Positions 38,876-51,746 of a stretch of DNA of 64,000 nt are shown piece after piece (within the stretch, counting starts at the first letter, position 1; every line of letters starts with the position of its first letter). Origin of the DNA: an uncultured virus (IMG/VR IMGVR_UViG_3300046171_000167). Lineage: Duplodnaviria; Heunggongvirae; Uroviricota; Caudoviricetes; Crassvirales. The position numbers were made by a program, and so were the translations under genes. A model generated the notes under the pieces. It saw only the letters and a program-made list of their open reading frames with translations, ran no database searches and was not told the DNA's origin. The DNA is taken from the IMG/VR virus record IMGVR_UViG_3300046171_000167, one strand, 5' to 3'.

Positions 38876-41164
38876 ATGGCATTAAATAATTGTAGCATAA
38901 CTTCACAATCGTTTACTAAAACAGGAGGGCAAGCAATAGGGTCGGATAACGCTCAGCTCGTAATTACACCTAATACAGGGTATGTTGTTTCTGCCTCTAG
39001 TTTTACAAATAATACAGGATCTTTAACCGGCATATCTAGTATTTCATTTTCAAATAGTGGTACAGCGGGAAATGTTGGAAATACGGTATTAGTAAATGTA
39101 GATTTAGATGATTCGTACGTTATGCCTTCCGCGAATACAACACTTGTTATAGATATAGATGGGGATGCTGATTTAATATCTTATACTATAGCGGGAGATT
39201 ATGATACAGTTGTATCAAATGCAACTCCATCTACAGAAACAGGCACAGATTATGATGGGACAGGCAATTATAATCAACAGGTCACGGTTTTTACAAAAAC
39301 ATTTACAGCGACATCTGGGTATTATTTTGAAAACCCTCCAACTTATAAGTTAACAGCCGCAAACCCAGAAAGATACGTTATTACATATAGTGACACAAAT
39401 GATAATGATGGTAATTTGACCGCCAGGGCTTTTACTGTAAAGTATACGCTTTTAAACCAGAATCAATCTGGGGACCACATAGATTTTACAGCTAGCGCTA
39501 TAGAAATATATACACCCGCAATTGAAATAACCGCTTACGAAATAAATAATTCAATAATTAGCTTTGAAGGAGAAACTAGAACAATGCGTGTATTCGGATA
39601 CCCTGGCGCCACGTTTAGCTTGAGTGTTGAAAATGAAGATGCTACTTCTATATTATCAATAACAAATCAAGCAATACCTTCATCTGGTGTATATTCTTTT
39701 ACTATAGATTTTCCTGAAATAACAGATTCAGACATATATAATTTCGTATTAACAGGAGATGGGGTTTCAAGCAATTTTGGAGCATCAGGGCAACAACCAC
39801 ATACTTTTAGCATTAAACAACTTTTAGACATATCTATATCTATTGGGTTGACTCATTCTGATACAGACATAACAATTAGCGCTAATAAAACAAAATCATT
39901 ATCTGGTTCGTCAGGAACTACAGACGATGAAAGCAACTTTGATCACACATTTACTATTACGTCAAGCTCTATAAATAGAATAAATATAACGGATAATACT
40001 GTTACTTTAACCGAATTTACTAATACAGACGAATCAACAAACGGTGGTACCGAAATAGAAATAACAGCTTTAGATTTTACTAGAGTTTCTAATTCAGAAA
40101 TAAAAGCAGTGCTTGCATGCAATGTTAATCTTGTTGGGGAGACAGACGTTACTTCAATTTTAAATTTAGATAATTATCTTGCTGAAAACGCTGCACCTGT
40201 AGCGCAAAACGTAAGTGATAGTGTTGACAAAGGGGACAGTACAGCTGTTGTTCTTGTAGCCACAGACTCTGACACCGACGCTATAGACGGTGCAGATACT
40301 TTAACTTATACTATTGTAACGTTGCCTTCAAATGGTACGCTATATTCTGATTCAGGCTTATTAACAGCTATATCAGCTGGAGCAGCTATAACAGGCACAA
40401 CTGTATATTATGAGCACGATGATTCCAGTAATTTAACCGACTCATTTACTTTTAAAGCTAATGACGGCTATAATGACAGTAATACCGCTACGGCAAATAT
40501 AGCTGTAGGTGTATCTCCTGGTGATAGCTTATCTGTAAGTGGAGGAGACGGAGGAACTTATTTTATACCTGTAATATTAGGAACAAGTGCAGGAACCTTT
40601 AAGGTACATTTTAATGCAATATCTGTACCTGATAGAATAGAAATATTATTTGACACAGCAGGAGCGTCAAATGATATTGCAGACACCGAGGTTGTGGCAG
40701 ATTCTCTTTTTGTTGGAGATGGAGTTACTTCTACAAATCCGGCTAATGGCACGACTACTGGTCTTAATAGCTACACTTACGTGGGCAGCGGCGGTAATGC
40801 TACAGGATCTGGAGAGCCGGGAGATGCTTGGAATAAAACGATAGATGGCACTCTTAGTGTTACTATAGCGGATTCTGATGTTGTTACAGATAGCGGATCA
40901 AGATCAGACTCTACACCAAATGGAGCAGCTAGAAATAGTGCCTCAGGAACTCAGGTGGGTGTGCAGAACTTAGTTTACACATCGACTAGCGACACAACGG
41001 GTACTTCTGATTTAGATTACCATGATGGTAATATATGTGTGACATATGCTAAAAGTAGCACTACTGCTTATACAGCTTATTTAAAAGTAACAGGAGTACT
41101 CAGTGGAACAGCATGGAATATTTTCCAAACAGAATTTATAGAAAATAATAATCAAATTCCTTAA
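38876..41164 (+). CDS. Structural protein with Ig/cadherin-like (Big_9-type) domain
   Basis: NAAPVAQN...LTYTIVTLPSNGTL...DSFTFKANDG. Confidence 0.7.
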   Translation: MALNNCSITSQSFTKTGGQAIGSDNAQLVITPNTGYVVSASSFTNNTGSLTGISSISFSNSGTAGNVGNTVLVNVDLDDSYVMPSANTTLVIDIDGDADLISYTIAGDYDTVVSNATPSTETGTDYDGTGNYNQQVTVFTKTFTATSGYYFENPPTYKLTAANPERYVITYSDTNDNDGNLTARAFTVKYTLLNQNQSGDHIDFTASAIEIYTPAIEITAYEINNSIISFEGETRTMRVFGYPGATFSLSVENEDATSILSITNQAIPSSGVYSFTIDFPEITDSDIYNFVLTGDGVSSNFGASGQQPHTFSIKQLLDISISIGLTHSDTDITISANKTKSLSGSSGTTDDESNFDHTFTITSSSINRINITDNTVTLTEFTNTDESTNGGTEIEITALDFTRVSNSEIKAVLACNVNLVGETDVTSILNLDNYLAENAAPVAQNVSDSVDKGDSTAVVLVATDSDTDAIDGADTLTYTIVTLPSNGTLYSDSGLLTAISAGAAITGTTVYYEHDDSSNLTDSFTFKANDGYNDSNTATANIAVGVSPGDSLSVSGGDGGTYFIPVILGTSAGTFKVHFNAISVPDRIEILFDTAGASNDIADTEVVADSLFVGDGVTSTNPANGTTTGLNSYTYVGSGGNATGSGEPGDAWNKTIDGTLSVTIADSDVVTDSGSRSDSTPNGAARNSASGTQVGVQNLVYTSTSDTTGTSDLDYHDGNICVTYAKSSTTAYTAYLKVTGVLSGTAWNIFQTEFIENNNQIP

Positions 41165-41170
41165 AATAAT

Positions 41171-41497
41171 ATGCCAAGTATAACATTAAACTTTAGCAAT
41201 TCATTAAATGTATCTTTACAACAGGGTACTGGAGATATTGTTTATTACCAGGATAGCGTAACGGATAATATATACACAATAGGACCATGCACAAATATTA
41301 GTGGCTCGTCCATAACTTGTGATATTTTGGCGTCTACACCTCCTCCAACATCTGGTGATTTTATATTTTTTGGGAAAAACCCAGAAGCAAATACATCAGG
41401 GCTGATAGGTTATTATGCCGAGGTTGACATGGAAATTGTTTCAACTTCAAAAAAGGAGCTATTTGCAGTAAATACAGAGATATTTATAAGTAGCTGA
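41171..41497 (+). CDS. Small structural protein
   Basis: 108-aa ORF ending the tail module. Confidence 0.7.
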   Translation: MPSITLNFSNSLNVSLQQGTGDIVYYQDSVTDNIYTIGPCTNISGSSITCDILASTPPPTSGDFIFFGKNPEANTSGLIGYYAEVDMEIVSTSKKELFAVNTEIFISS

Positions 41498-41534
41498 TAA
41501 TATGTAATAATATAATAATAAAGAAAAGTATAAT

Positions 41535-42167
41535 ATGATAGGAGCAGCATTAGGCGCCGTGCAAGGCTTAACCGGAGTAGTCGGTGGTTTGATAGGCGGC
41601 GGAAAAAGAAGACGTGAACAGCGAAGAGCTCAAGCAGAATTTAACAGAAGAAAGCAAACTTTTGAAAATTTAGATACTTCAAATGTGTTTACCAATATGG
41701 AAAATACTTACGAAGATTTAACTGTTAATCAACAAGAGGCACAATTTGTAGCTCAGCAACAGCAACAAGGTTTAGCTAATACTATGGACGCCATGCAGGG
41801 AGCTGCGGGTGGATCCGGTATTGCTGCGTTGGCTCAGGCTATGGCAAATCAACAATCGGTAAATGCTCAAAGAGCAGGTGCATCAATAGGTCAGCAAGAA
41901 GCTTCTAACCAAGCTGCCCAAGCACAGATGGCCGGACAGCTACAAACGATGGAAAGAAAAGGTGAATTATTATCTAGGGAAGCTGAATTAAATAAGCAAT
42001 CTACATTACTAGGTATGTCTGGTCAAAGACTTCAAGCAGCGAATAAAGCTAGGCAAGATGCAACTCAAGGATTAATGGCCGGTATAGGTGGTATGATTGG
42101 AGGAGTTGCTGGAATGGGTAAAGCAGGAGCACTAGGTGAGGGTATGCAAAACTTTTTAAATAAATAA
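41535..42167 (+). CDS. Internal virion/ejection protein (Q/A/G-rich)
   Basis: Hydrophobic Gly-rich ends with a Q/A coiled-coil core; class B motif upstream. Confidence 0.65.
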   Translation: MIGAALGAVQGLTGVVGGLIGGGKRRREQRRAQAEFNRRKQTFENLDTSNVFTNMENTYEDLTVNQQEAQFVAQQQQQGLANTMDAMQGAAGGSGIAALAQAMANQQSVNAQRAGASIGQQEASNQAAQAQMAGQLQTMERKGELLSREAELNKQSTLLGMSGQRLQAANKARQDATQGLMAGIGGMIGGVAGMGKAGALGEGMQNFLNK

Positions 42168-42168
42168 T

Positions 42169-43299
42169 ATGGAAGATAAACAAAAATTAGCTGAGTTTGT
42201 AAGTTTAGCAGAAAGCGGAGCAATCCAGGCTGGCCTTACACAAGACCAAAAAAATTTAGTTAATAAATATGTTATTGACCAACGTAATGCCTATGTTAAT
42301 GCCGCAATGGTAGCTGATAGCCCAAGATTTACAAAAAATTCACCAGCATACATAGAAGCTGTGTCTGAAATGAATATGGTAAAGCAAAATTTAGTTAATA
42401 TAGCCAATCAGCAAAAAGCAATAACAGATAATCAACAAGAATACTTAGATGACTATCAGTCAGGTAGACTTTCTAAAGCTAATAATTATAAGTCTGAAGC
42501 TTTCTCTTTAGCGGATGTTTATACTGGCAGTACTGAAATGTCCATAGATAACCAAGGAAATTTACTGTTCGGAAAAGAAGGCAACTATGTACCCTATTCT
42601 AAATTAGCAAACTATTCGTTAAAAGCAACTGATACTGCTAATAGCATATTAAATGTGGTGGATGATATATATAATTCCAGATATAAATTAAACCCGTCTT
42701 CATTAAAGATGGCTACCAACAAATTAAACACTATAATAGAAGAAGCGGGTAGAGATGATTTAATATCTTTAACAAAAGATGGTTTATTGCCGGGCTGGGA
42801 AGATATAGAAATTCCAGAAGAAATGTTTAAGCCTGAAAACTTTGAACAGTTAAAAGGAATGTTTTTACAAACAATGGATACCGCGTTAGAAGATGTTAAT
42901 AATCAACTACCTGCGTACACCAAAGGCAGAAGAACAAGTTCAACAACAACAACCACAACAACTCCTATGGACCCATATACGCCTGCATGGATGGGTATAA
43001 CAGAAAAGCAAGGCCAAGCAGTGTATAGCAAATTAAAAGATTTAAAGGTGGGTGAGCCTTTTACTCCTGATATAAAAATGAGCTTAAGTACGGATGCTCA
43101 TTCTGATAGATATGGCGGTCAATATTTTTATACTTTTGAAAAAGCCTCTGACGGTAATTATAGCGTGACTTCTACAGATAGGGAGGGAAATAAAACATCT
43201 AAAGCTTACACACCGGAACAATTACAGAAAGAATTTTCTTTCACAACAACGCAAGCTGCTGGCGGGATACTAGCAGAAAATAGTCTAGACGACCTTTAA
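42169..43299 (+). CDS. Putative internal virion/ejection protein
   Basis: 376-aa helical ORF between two ejection-type genes. Confidence 0.6.
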   Translation: MEDKQKLAEFVSLAESGAIQAGLTQDQKNLVNKYVIDQRNAYVNAAMVADSPRFTKNSPAYIEAVSEMNMVKQNLVNIANQQKAITDNQQEYLDDYQSGRLSKANNYKSEAFSLADVYTGSTEMSIDNQGNLLFGKEGNYVPYSKLANYSLKATDTANSILNVVDDIYNSRYKLNPSSLKMATNKLNTIIEEAGRDDLISLTKDGLLPGWEDIEIPEEMFKPENFEQLKGMFLQTMDTALEDVNNQLPAYTKGRRTSSTTTTTTTPMDPYTPAWMGITEKQGQAVYSKLKDLKVGEPFTPDIKMSLSTDAHSDRYGGQYFYTFEKASDGNYSVTSTDREGNKTSKAYTPEQLQKEFSFTTTQAAGGILAENSLDDL

Positions 43300-43313
43300 T
43301 TTTAATAACTATA

Positions 43314-46300
43314 ATGGAAAAACTCTGGCAAAAACTTTTCGATGCTAAGATCTACTCTAAGTCATTCGAAGAATTTCAAGAACAATTCTCAACCGAAGAA
43401 AAACAACAACTATTGCATGAAAAGCTCAGTGGAGCTAAATACTATAGTAAAAGCTTTGATGATTTCAAAGGGCAGTTTTTCGTGGGAAAGACAACGGACC
43501 CTGTAGAGGAGACTGCGATTGCGGGGTCAGAAAGCCAAGCAGTAGATGGGGAATCCAAATTGGTAAATGGTTTATTGGAGCAACAAGAAATTGATGACAT
43601 ATATAACAATAGATCTAAAGCATTACCAAAAACAGAGTTTAACACATTTGACTTTGATAACGAAGAAAAAATAAATGAGTTTAGGGTAAACTCCCAATTA
43701 GATTTTATTAAAAATAATAAAAAAATACAAGAGGAGATTTTACCGAATATTACTTCACAATTAAAACCTGATCTAATTAAGTATGCAAATAACTTAAAAG
43801 TAGAGCTAGGTTTAGATAATCCAGAAAACATAACGCAAGAAAAATTAGACGAGTTTTACAAAAAGTCTAATGAGTGGTATAATGTTGCATTAAATTCAAA
43901 ACTTAATGTAAATAAAGAATATACCGATTTAACGCAGGCATTTAATCAAGCTATAGATGCTAAGATGCAAGGTAACTTAACAAGGTTTACCAAAAGCAAG
44001 GACATGCCTATTATGTTAAAATTAGCTGACTACGCTGAAGAATCTCCGCTGCTAAGTGAAAACTTAATTAGTTTTTTAACTAAAGGTATTACTGGATTAC
44101 GAAATGTAAAAGCAGGCGCTGAAAAAGCAGGTATATTGGGTAATCTTTCTATGAATGTAGATAAAAAGAAAGACCTAAAACGTAACGAAGAATTGGCTAA
44201 TAAATTCGGAGGCGAGTCTATAGAAGGGGTGTGGGTTACTGATCCTCAAGCAAGAGACCAAGCTTGGAAATTTTTCCCTAAAAAAGCAATGGGGTACTGA
44301 GGAATCTACTATGTGGAGAACTGTTGTGGCTGGGAAAGAATATTCAGAAGGTACTTTTGGGGAGTTTAAACAAAAGTTTAAAGATGATTACATAGTAAAA
44401 GAAAACACCCAAACAAATAAAAGATTATTAGAAATACAGGAAGAGGAATTTGCTTTAAGCGCTTATGATGAACAAGAGATTCAAAAAATATTTAAAGGGG
44501 AAAACATTGTAGCTAATTCTATTTCTTTAGCTGGTGAGCAACTACCGCAAATGGGTCTAGCTCTGTTAACGCTAGGAGCATCGAGCGGGCTTCAAATTGG
44601 TGGTGACATTTATTCGCAGGGTATAGATGTGGAGGCTAGAAAAAGATTTAAATTAGAGGAGGGGGAAGTACCTACTCTAGAGCAGCGAGCTACTGTAATG
44701 GAAGACGATAAGTTTTTAGATAAACTTGAATCTAAAGCGGTCGCGGGAGGGTTTATAGCTGGACAGCTGGATAGATTTGGTGCCGGAAAAGTTTTAAAAC
44801 CGTTTGCGGTGAATACAACTAAATCAATATTAAGAGGAGGTTATAAAAATTTCTTAAAAGGAGTAGCGAATGGTACTGTAAAAAACACACAAAGAGGTAG
44901 TATAGAAGCTATAACTGAAACCTTACAAGAAGTTATTCAGGCCGGAGCTAGCGGTGCGGATTTAAAGAAAGAGCAATTATTAGAAGCTGGAGCAACCGCT
45001 TTTATAACTACCGCAACGTTTGGAATAGGAGGAAAAGTAGCTACGCAAACCGCGGCAGAAGCTAAGACTATTAGTAAAATTACAGCGGGTAAGCTTAATC
45101 CTAAAAGCTCAGAGGCGTTTTTAAACAATAAAATAAAAGACTTACAATCAGCCTCTTGACAATGGTGAAATATCTAAAGAAGCTTTTCAAGAAAGTTTCG
45201 ACGCAATAAACAGCGTTAAAAAAGCAAACGCTTCTATTCCTAATAATTTTTCACAGCCTAGTAAAGAAAAAGCTTTAGATTTACTGATACAAAAGCAAGA
45301 GTTACTTAGCGAAATAGAAAACAAAGATTCTTCGCTCACCAAAGTAGAGAAGAGAAATGATTAATGAAATTAACACTGAGTTAGAATCATTAACTGTTCT
45401 TGAAAAAGCTGTAAGCAAAAGACAAACACTTTTGGAAGCAGCTCAGAAAGCAGGCGTTGTAGAAGACTTATCTGTTCAATCTTTTGAAACAAAAGAAAAA
45501 ATTGAAGAGTACATAAAACAACAAGGAAAAGGAAAAGCTCAAGCTAAGAGAAGCATGGGTCAATATGGTACTATATTTCAAAACAAAAAAACAGGTAGAC
45601 AGGAAATACTTATAAATAAAGAAATTGCTTTAGAGGATTCGGTAATAACAACAGCCTGACCACGAGTTTTTGCATGCTGTACTATACCAAACCTGTTAAA
45701 GGTAATAAACAAGCACAAATTAACTTAGGGCAGGCTTTATACACTGAATTAATAAAACAAACAGATGGAGCAGTACAAAACACACAGCTCGCCCAAAGAT
45801 TAAATAACTATTTAGAAAAAGCTAAAAATCCCACACAACAAGCAAACGCATGGGAAGAAGCTCTAACCTTATTTGCAGAAGGCTTAGGCGACGGAACATT
45901 TAAAGCTGAACAGTCTTTTATAGAAAAAGTAAAACAATTCTTTAAAGATTTATTTGGAAAAGAAATTAATAAAGAAATACGATTTGATACAGGTGCTGAT
46001 GTAGTTAAGTTTATTCAAGACTATAACAAAAGCTTTGAAAAAGGTAAATGGGGTGAGGGTATTAAAAGACTCGCTAAAGAAGGAGCTAAAGGTAAATTAG
46101 TTGAGGGTAAGCCAGTAATGACAGAAGAAGAAGTCGCTAAAGAGTCGGCTAGATCGAATTTAGATGAACAGCTTAATAAAAAATACAAAGGCAATCCTAA
46201 GCAACTTATTGCTGGTATGCTTACATTTCCTTTAGCAAAATCTGAATTTGCTCAACAAATTGGAGGTATAACAAATAGAATAACGCAAAGATTATACGAC

Positions 46301-49300
46301 CCGATACCTACAGACCAAAAAAGAACAGTATCTAGGAATGATTTTATAGATGCATTGGTAAGTGAGGCCGCTACTATGGTGGACCGAGAATATAATGGTT
46401 TACAAAACCTAGATAAATTTGTAAGCAATAGACTCAATTTAAGAGCTAATAATTTAGCTTCTAGACTTGGTATAGAAGAATCTATAAAAGCTGATGTAAC
46501 GGAGCGTAAAGATATTGCAGGGAACTGAAACAGCAGAACAAACTGTTCAAAGGTCAGAAGAAGTTATAAAAGAAAAGCCAAAAGCCAAACCTTTTAAAGA
46601 TGCTATTAAAAATAAAGCTTTCGAGGAAAACCTTACAAGCACTTTAAATAAAAATATTGCTTTAAGCATAAGCAAGTACGATACGGAAATATCCAACAAT
46701 AGGACTGTAACTCCTTTCGTACAGAATATTAAAAATGGATTAGCTCAAGATTTAGAAAAAGACGTTATTAAATTAATTAACGAATACGGGTTATGAGCAA
46801 TTTTTAAAAGACTACAAAGGTACTTTACTATTTAATTATACAACAACTTACTTAAGTAAAAATCCTTTATTTAAAAAAGGTATACTTAAAAGTGTTGGAG
46901 GGAAAATGGGTAAAGATAATCAAGGTAACAACCTATTTAAACCAAACTGGACAGCACCTACTAAATTAGCTAATAACAAATACGACTGGGTTGACGATAA
47001 AGGTAAGAAACTTAAAATAGACAGGGATAATGCTGGACAAAGAGGCTTAACTTCTGGGCCTATTATAATGAAACGTAATCCAAAGATTAACGATATAATT
47101 ACCGAAGATGAGTTTTTAAACTTTCATTTTGATGATGGCCCTGTTAGAAAAAGAGTTAAAGTTAATGCTAGAAAAGCTATCGCTAGGCAGGTTGCCTCTG
47201 AAATGGGATTAGAAATATTCCAAGAAGACTTGCAAAATGAAGGTCCTTTATATGAATCTTTTAAAGAAAGAGCTGATATGTTAGGTAAAGCTATGGCCTG
47301 AAAATGCAGCTGTAGAGATTGCTAAAGACATAGACAGAGGGGACTGTAAAAGAATCTGCAAGATTTAATTTAAATGAGCAAATACAGTTACAGTTAGATA
47401 AAGGAATTGTAGATGCTAATGGATTAATAAGCAATCAAACAGCAAGAGATATTTTTGACAAAGCAGGTAGAGTTCGGTCCCTAACAGCAAGAAGTTTAGT
47501 GAATACATCAATAACATAGACGCTGATGATAATATAAAAACTATATTTCTTGATTCGGTTATTGGAGATAAAATATACTTAATACAAAGAGCTCAAAGAA
47601 TTAAAGGGCGAAACATGGGTGTTAAGTATGAAAAAGCTATAAATGAATTACTTAAAAATAAATTTGCTAAAGATATAAAAGTTAGTATACTAAAGCAAAG
47701 AAGAGGAGATTTAGCTTTTAATATAAACAATAATGAATTTGGTATAGAAATTAAGCTAAATGATCAGTCACAAGTAGGGTCTACCACTGTAAATAATATT
47801 TTAACAAACCCTTCTTTATTTAAAAACATACCTTCTTCTGAAATTATTTTAAACGAAATTAATAAGCAAAAGAAAATATTTAATTCATTTATTAATGTAG
47901 CTAAAAGTTTCGGGGCCACTATTAATGAAAAAGGTGCTTTAAAGCTAAAAAATAAAGAAGACTGGAAACTTATAAAACAAAAATGGGGTAAAGCTGTACC
48001 TAGAATAAGTTTTGAATTAGATCAAACCGCCTGCAATGGAACTTTACTCTAATGTAGAGGGCATACAAGTGCCATTTATTCACATTGGAGGTAAAGGCAC
48101 TTTTGCTGTAGGAAAAAATAATATTTCCAACGGGGTAACACCTTTACAAGCGGACATGGACTACGTGGTTAGAATGGTACGAAGCAAAAACACGGTTAGC
48201 TTTAGAATGTTTCCTAACTTTAAACAAATAAACGTAGAGTCTAACTTTAATCTAGAAACAAAACAAGGCAGAGAGAACTTAATTAATATTATAAAAAATA
48301 ATATTAACAAGTCTTACAACGATAATATACGTAATGCTAACGAAAATATTAGTAAGTTTAGCGAAAGAAAAGGCATAAGTGTTTGGGACTTTGATGATAC
48401 CTTAGCTAGAACTAAAAGTAATGTATTGTATACAATGCCTGATGGTACCTAAGGGCAAAATAGACGCTAGTAGGTTTGCTTTAAAAGGCGAGGATTTAGC
48501 AGCACAAGGGGCTATATTTGATTTTTCAGAATTTAAAAAAGTTATGAAGGGATCTAAAGGTCCTATGTTTGATAAAGCAATTAAAAGAAACGAAAAGTTT
48601 GGAAATGAAAATGTATTTATACTGACTGCCCGCCCTGCTGATTCTAAATATGCAATTCATGAATTCTTAAAAGGGTTAGGCTTAAATATTAAGCTAGAAA
48701 ACATTGTAGGATTAGAAGACGGTGCCCCTCAAGCAAAAGCGGATTGGATAATAAGTAAAGTAGCTGAAGGCTATAATGATTTTTATTTTGCTGATGATGC
48801 ATATAAAAACGTTGCGGCAGTGCAAGATGTATTGTCTATAGCGGACGTAAAATATGATGTACAGCAAGCAAAAGTTAAATTTAGCGAAAGACTTAGCGAA
48901 GACTTTAATGATATTATAGAAGATCAGTTTGGTATTGAAAGTTATAAAAGATTTTCAGAAGTTGTTGGTAGAAGAAGAGGTTATAAAAAAGGCAAATGGA
49001 AATTATTTATACCGCCGCAAGCAGAAGATTTTCAAGGTTTACTTTATGATCTATTAGGCAAAGGTAAAAGAGGTGATATGCAAAAAGAATGGTTTGATCA
49101 ATCTCTTATATTGCCATATATTCAAGGAGTAGCTAAATTAGAAAAAGCAAAACAAAGTATACAAAGAACGTATAAAAACTTTTTAAAGAACAATAAAGGC
49201 GTAGGTAAAAAGTTAAAACAAAAAATAGAAGATGGTGATTTTACATATGATCAAGCTTTAAGAGTATATTTATTTACAAAGGCAGAATATGAAATACCTG

Positions 49301-51058
49301 GTTTATCGCAAAGAGATCAAAAAAAATTAAACGAAATAGTACAAGCGGATGATCAATTAGTTAATTTAGCTTCGCAATTACAATCTATAAGCCAACAAGA
49401 TGCGGGCTGGATAAAACCAGAACAATATTGGGACGGGGAAACATTATTAAGTGATTTAAGTAAATTAACAGAAGGGGTTAGTAGACAGCAATATTTATCT
49501 GAGTTTATAGAGAACGTGGATATTATATTTTCAAAAGAAAATAAAAACAAATTAAGGGCGGCTTTAGGTAATCAGTGGGTAAATGCGGCTGAAAACGCTA
49601 TAGCCAGAATGAAATCAGGGGTGAATCACGTAGGTGGTTCAGATGCTATAACTAACGGATGGCTACAATGGGTTAACAACTCTGTAGGTAGTATAATGTT
49701 CTTTAACAGAAGATCCGCTACATTACAGCTTTTATCTGCTACCAACTTTTTAAACTGGTCAGATAATAATCCAATGAAGGCGGCCGTCGCGTTCGGTAAT
49801 CAGCCACAATATTGGAAAGACTGGTCTATGATATTTAATTCTGACAAATTAAGAGAGCGTAGAGGTGGTTTAAAAACAGATGTTACTGAATCTGAGATTG
49901 CAAATGCGGCAGAAGGAAGTAAGAATAAAGTTTCTTCTATTATAAGTTACTTACTTAAAAAAGGATTTTTACCTACGCAAATAGCCGATAGTATTGCTAT
50001 TGCTTCAGGTGGGGCAGCATTTTATAGAAATAGAGTCAATACTTATCTAAAACAAGGATTAAGTAATAAAGAGGCTGAAGCAAAAGCTTTTGATGATTTT
50101 TCTAGAATATCTGACGAAGCTCAGCAGTCATCTGATCCTTTGCTTGTATCACAAGAACAATCAACGACCGCAGGTAGATTAATATTAGCCTTTGCAAATA
50201 CACCACAGCAGTACATGCGTTTAAGCAAAAAAGCTTTTAGGGACTTAATAAATGGCAGAGGAGATGCTAAAACAAATATTAGTAAAATAGCTTACTATAC
50301 TTTTGTACAAAACTTAATATTTTCTACATTGCAGGCTGCTGGTTTTGCGTTAATACCTGGATTCGATGATGAAGACGAAGAGCTTGAAGATGCTAAAATA
50401 AAGCAAGAAAAAACAGGTGTTATGGTTTTAAACAGCATGTCCGACACTGTACTAAGAGGTATGGGGCTATATGGCGCAGCTGCTTCGACCTATTAAAAAC
50501 GTGGTATTAAAATATAAAGAAGAAAAAGCTAAAGATCCATTTAGACAAGATATGGATAAAGTAGTTTATGCAGCACTAAATTTATCACCACCTATTGGAT
50601 CTAAAGCTGGTAAATTAAAAAGCGCTATGAATACTGAAATATTTGAAAAAGATGTTTTAGCGGCAAGAGGGTTTAATTTAACTATAGACGGAAAGTTTGT
50701 ACCTAATCCCGCATATTCAGCTGTAGGTAAAGTTGCTGCAGCCGCGGCAAATATACCACTTGACAGAGCTTATGATGAAGTAGCTAGTATAACCGAAGCT
50801 TTGGATTCTAGAAACACAGCATGGCAAAAATTAGCATTAGCTTTAGGTTATAAAACTTGGCAAGTAAACGCTAAGATAGAGGAACATGACTTAATCAAAG
50901 CGGCGGCTAAAGCAAATAGAAAATCACAAGGAAAATTAAAAGCAAAAGCAACAAGAGCTAGAAAGAAAAAAGAACAACAGGCTGCTGATAAAGAAAAAGT
51001 AAAAAATATGACTGTTGAAGAATTAATACAATTTAGAAAAGAGCAAAGAAAAAAATAA
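43314..51058 (+). CDS. Giant (~2,580 aa) multidomain virion/ejection protein, fragmented by about a dozen apparent +1 errors
   Basis: Consecutive ORF fragments read through on removal of single duplicated bases; contains HEFLH, GD..IEIK and DFDDT motifs. Confidence 0.7.
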
Positions 51059-51116
51059 AGAATGTAAAAATATATGTAATTATAACATATATTACCCCAC
51101 CTTATAAAAAATAAAT

Positions 51117-51401
51117 ATGGCTAACAAGATATCAGAAAACACTGAATTAACTTTAGATTTAAAAACACTTATAATAATAGTAAGCTTTGTCGTTACAGTT
51201 GCGGGAATGTGGTTCGCCATACAGGCAGATATTCAGTTAGCGAAAGAACTTCCGGAGCCTCCTGTAAGTAGAACTGAATACGATCTTAAAGATCAATTAA
51301 TTCGAGAAACTATAATGAATACACAATCAAAGGTGGAGGAAAATAGTGATAAGCTTGACAAAATAGATGAAAAGCTATATGAAATAATTGAAAAAAAATA
51401 A
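51117..51401 (+). CDS. Membrane-anchored coiled-coil protein (holin/spanin-like)
   Basis: One N-terminal TM helix then coiled coil; lysis context. Confidence 0.55.
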   Translation: MANKISENTELTLDLKTLIIIVSFVVTVAGMWFAIQADIQLAKELPEPPVSRTEYDLKDQLIRETIMNTQSKVEENSDKLDKIDEKLYEIIEKK

Positions 51402-51404
51402 GCC

Positions 51405-51746
51405 ATGAAAAACATTTTAACCGTAATATTTATATGTATAGCAAGCGTTGCTTTCTCTCAAGAATACACATTGCTAGAAATTAATTCCGAATGGAACTGG
51501 AGAAACTCAGCTAAAATAGACAAGGTTAAGGGGGTGAAACATAAAATAGCTTATTTAGAGCAGCAAACTAAAGATTTTCAAAGCAAAGTAAAATCAGTGC
51601 CTCTTGTTATATTATATAAAGACAACCATGCTATAATGCAATGGTCCGCGGATATAAGTTTTAAGCTTGTTATAAAAGAGGAACAAATTAAAGAAGCAAT
51701 AGAATCGTCAAATAATCGTTTAACAAGAGCATCAACAAATGACTAA
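51405..51746 (+). CDS. Secreted thioredoxin-like-fold protein without CxxC
   Basis: Signal peptide (..VAFS/Q), INSEWN, VKSVPLVILYKD. Confidence 0.5.
   Translation: MKNILTVIFICIASVAFSQEYTLLEINSEWNWRNSAKIDKVKGVKHKIAYLEQQTKDFQSKVKSVPLVILYKDNHAIMQWSADISFKLVIKEEQIKEAIESSNNRLTRASTND

Noticed and set aside
44290..47310. TGA stop-codon reassignment (many giant-gene fragments end in TGA)
   Set aside because: The downstream coding sequence is in a different frame each time, so readthrough does not restore the protein while deleting one base does. Intact genes also end in TGA.
48380..48405. crAss-type virion RNA polymerase catalytic motif
   Set aside because: The sequence is DFDDT followed by HAD motifs II-IV, not the DxDxD motif of RNA polymerases.
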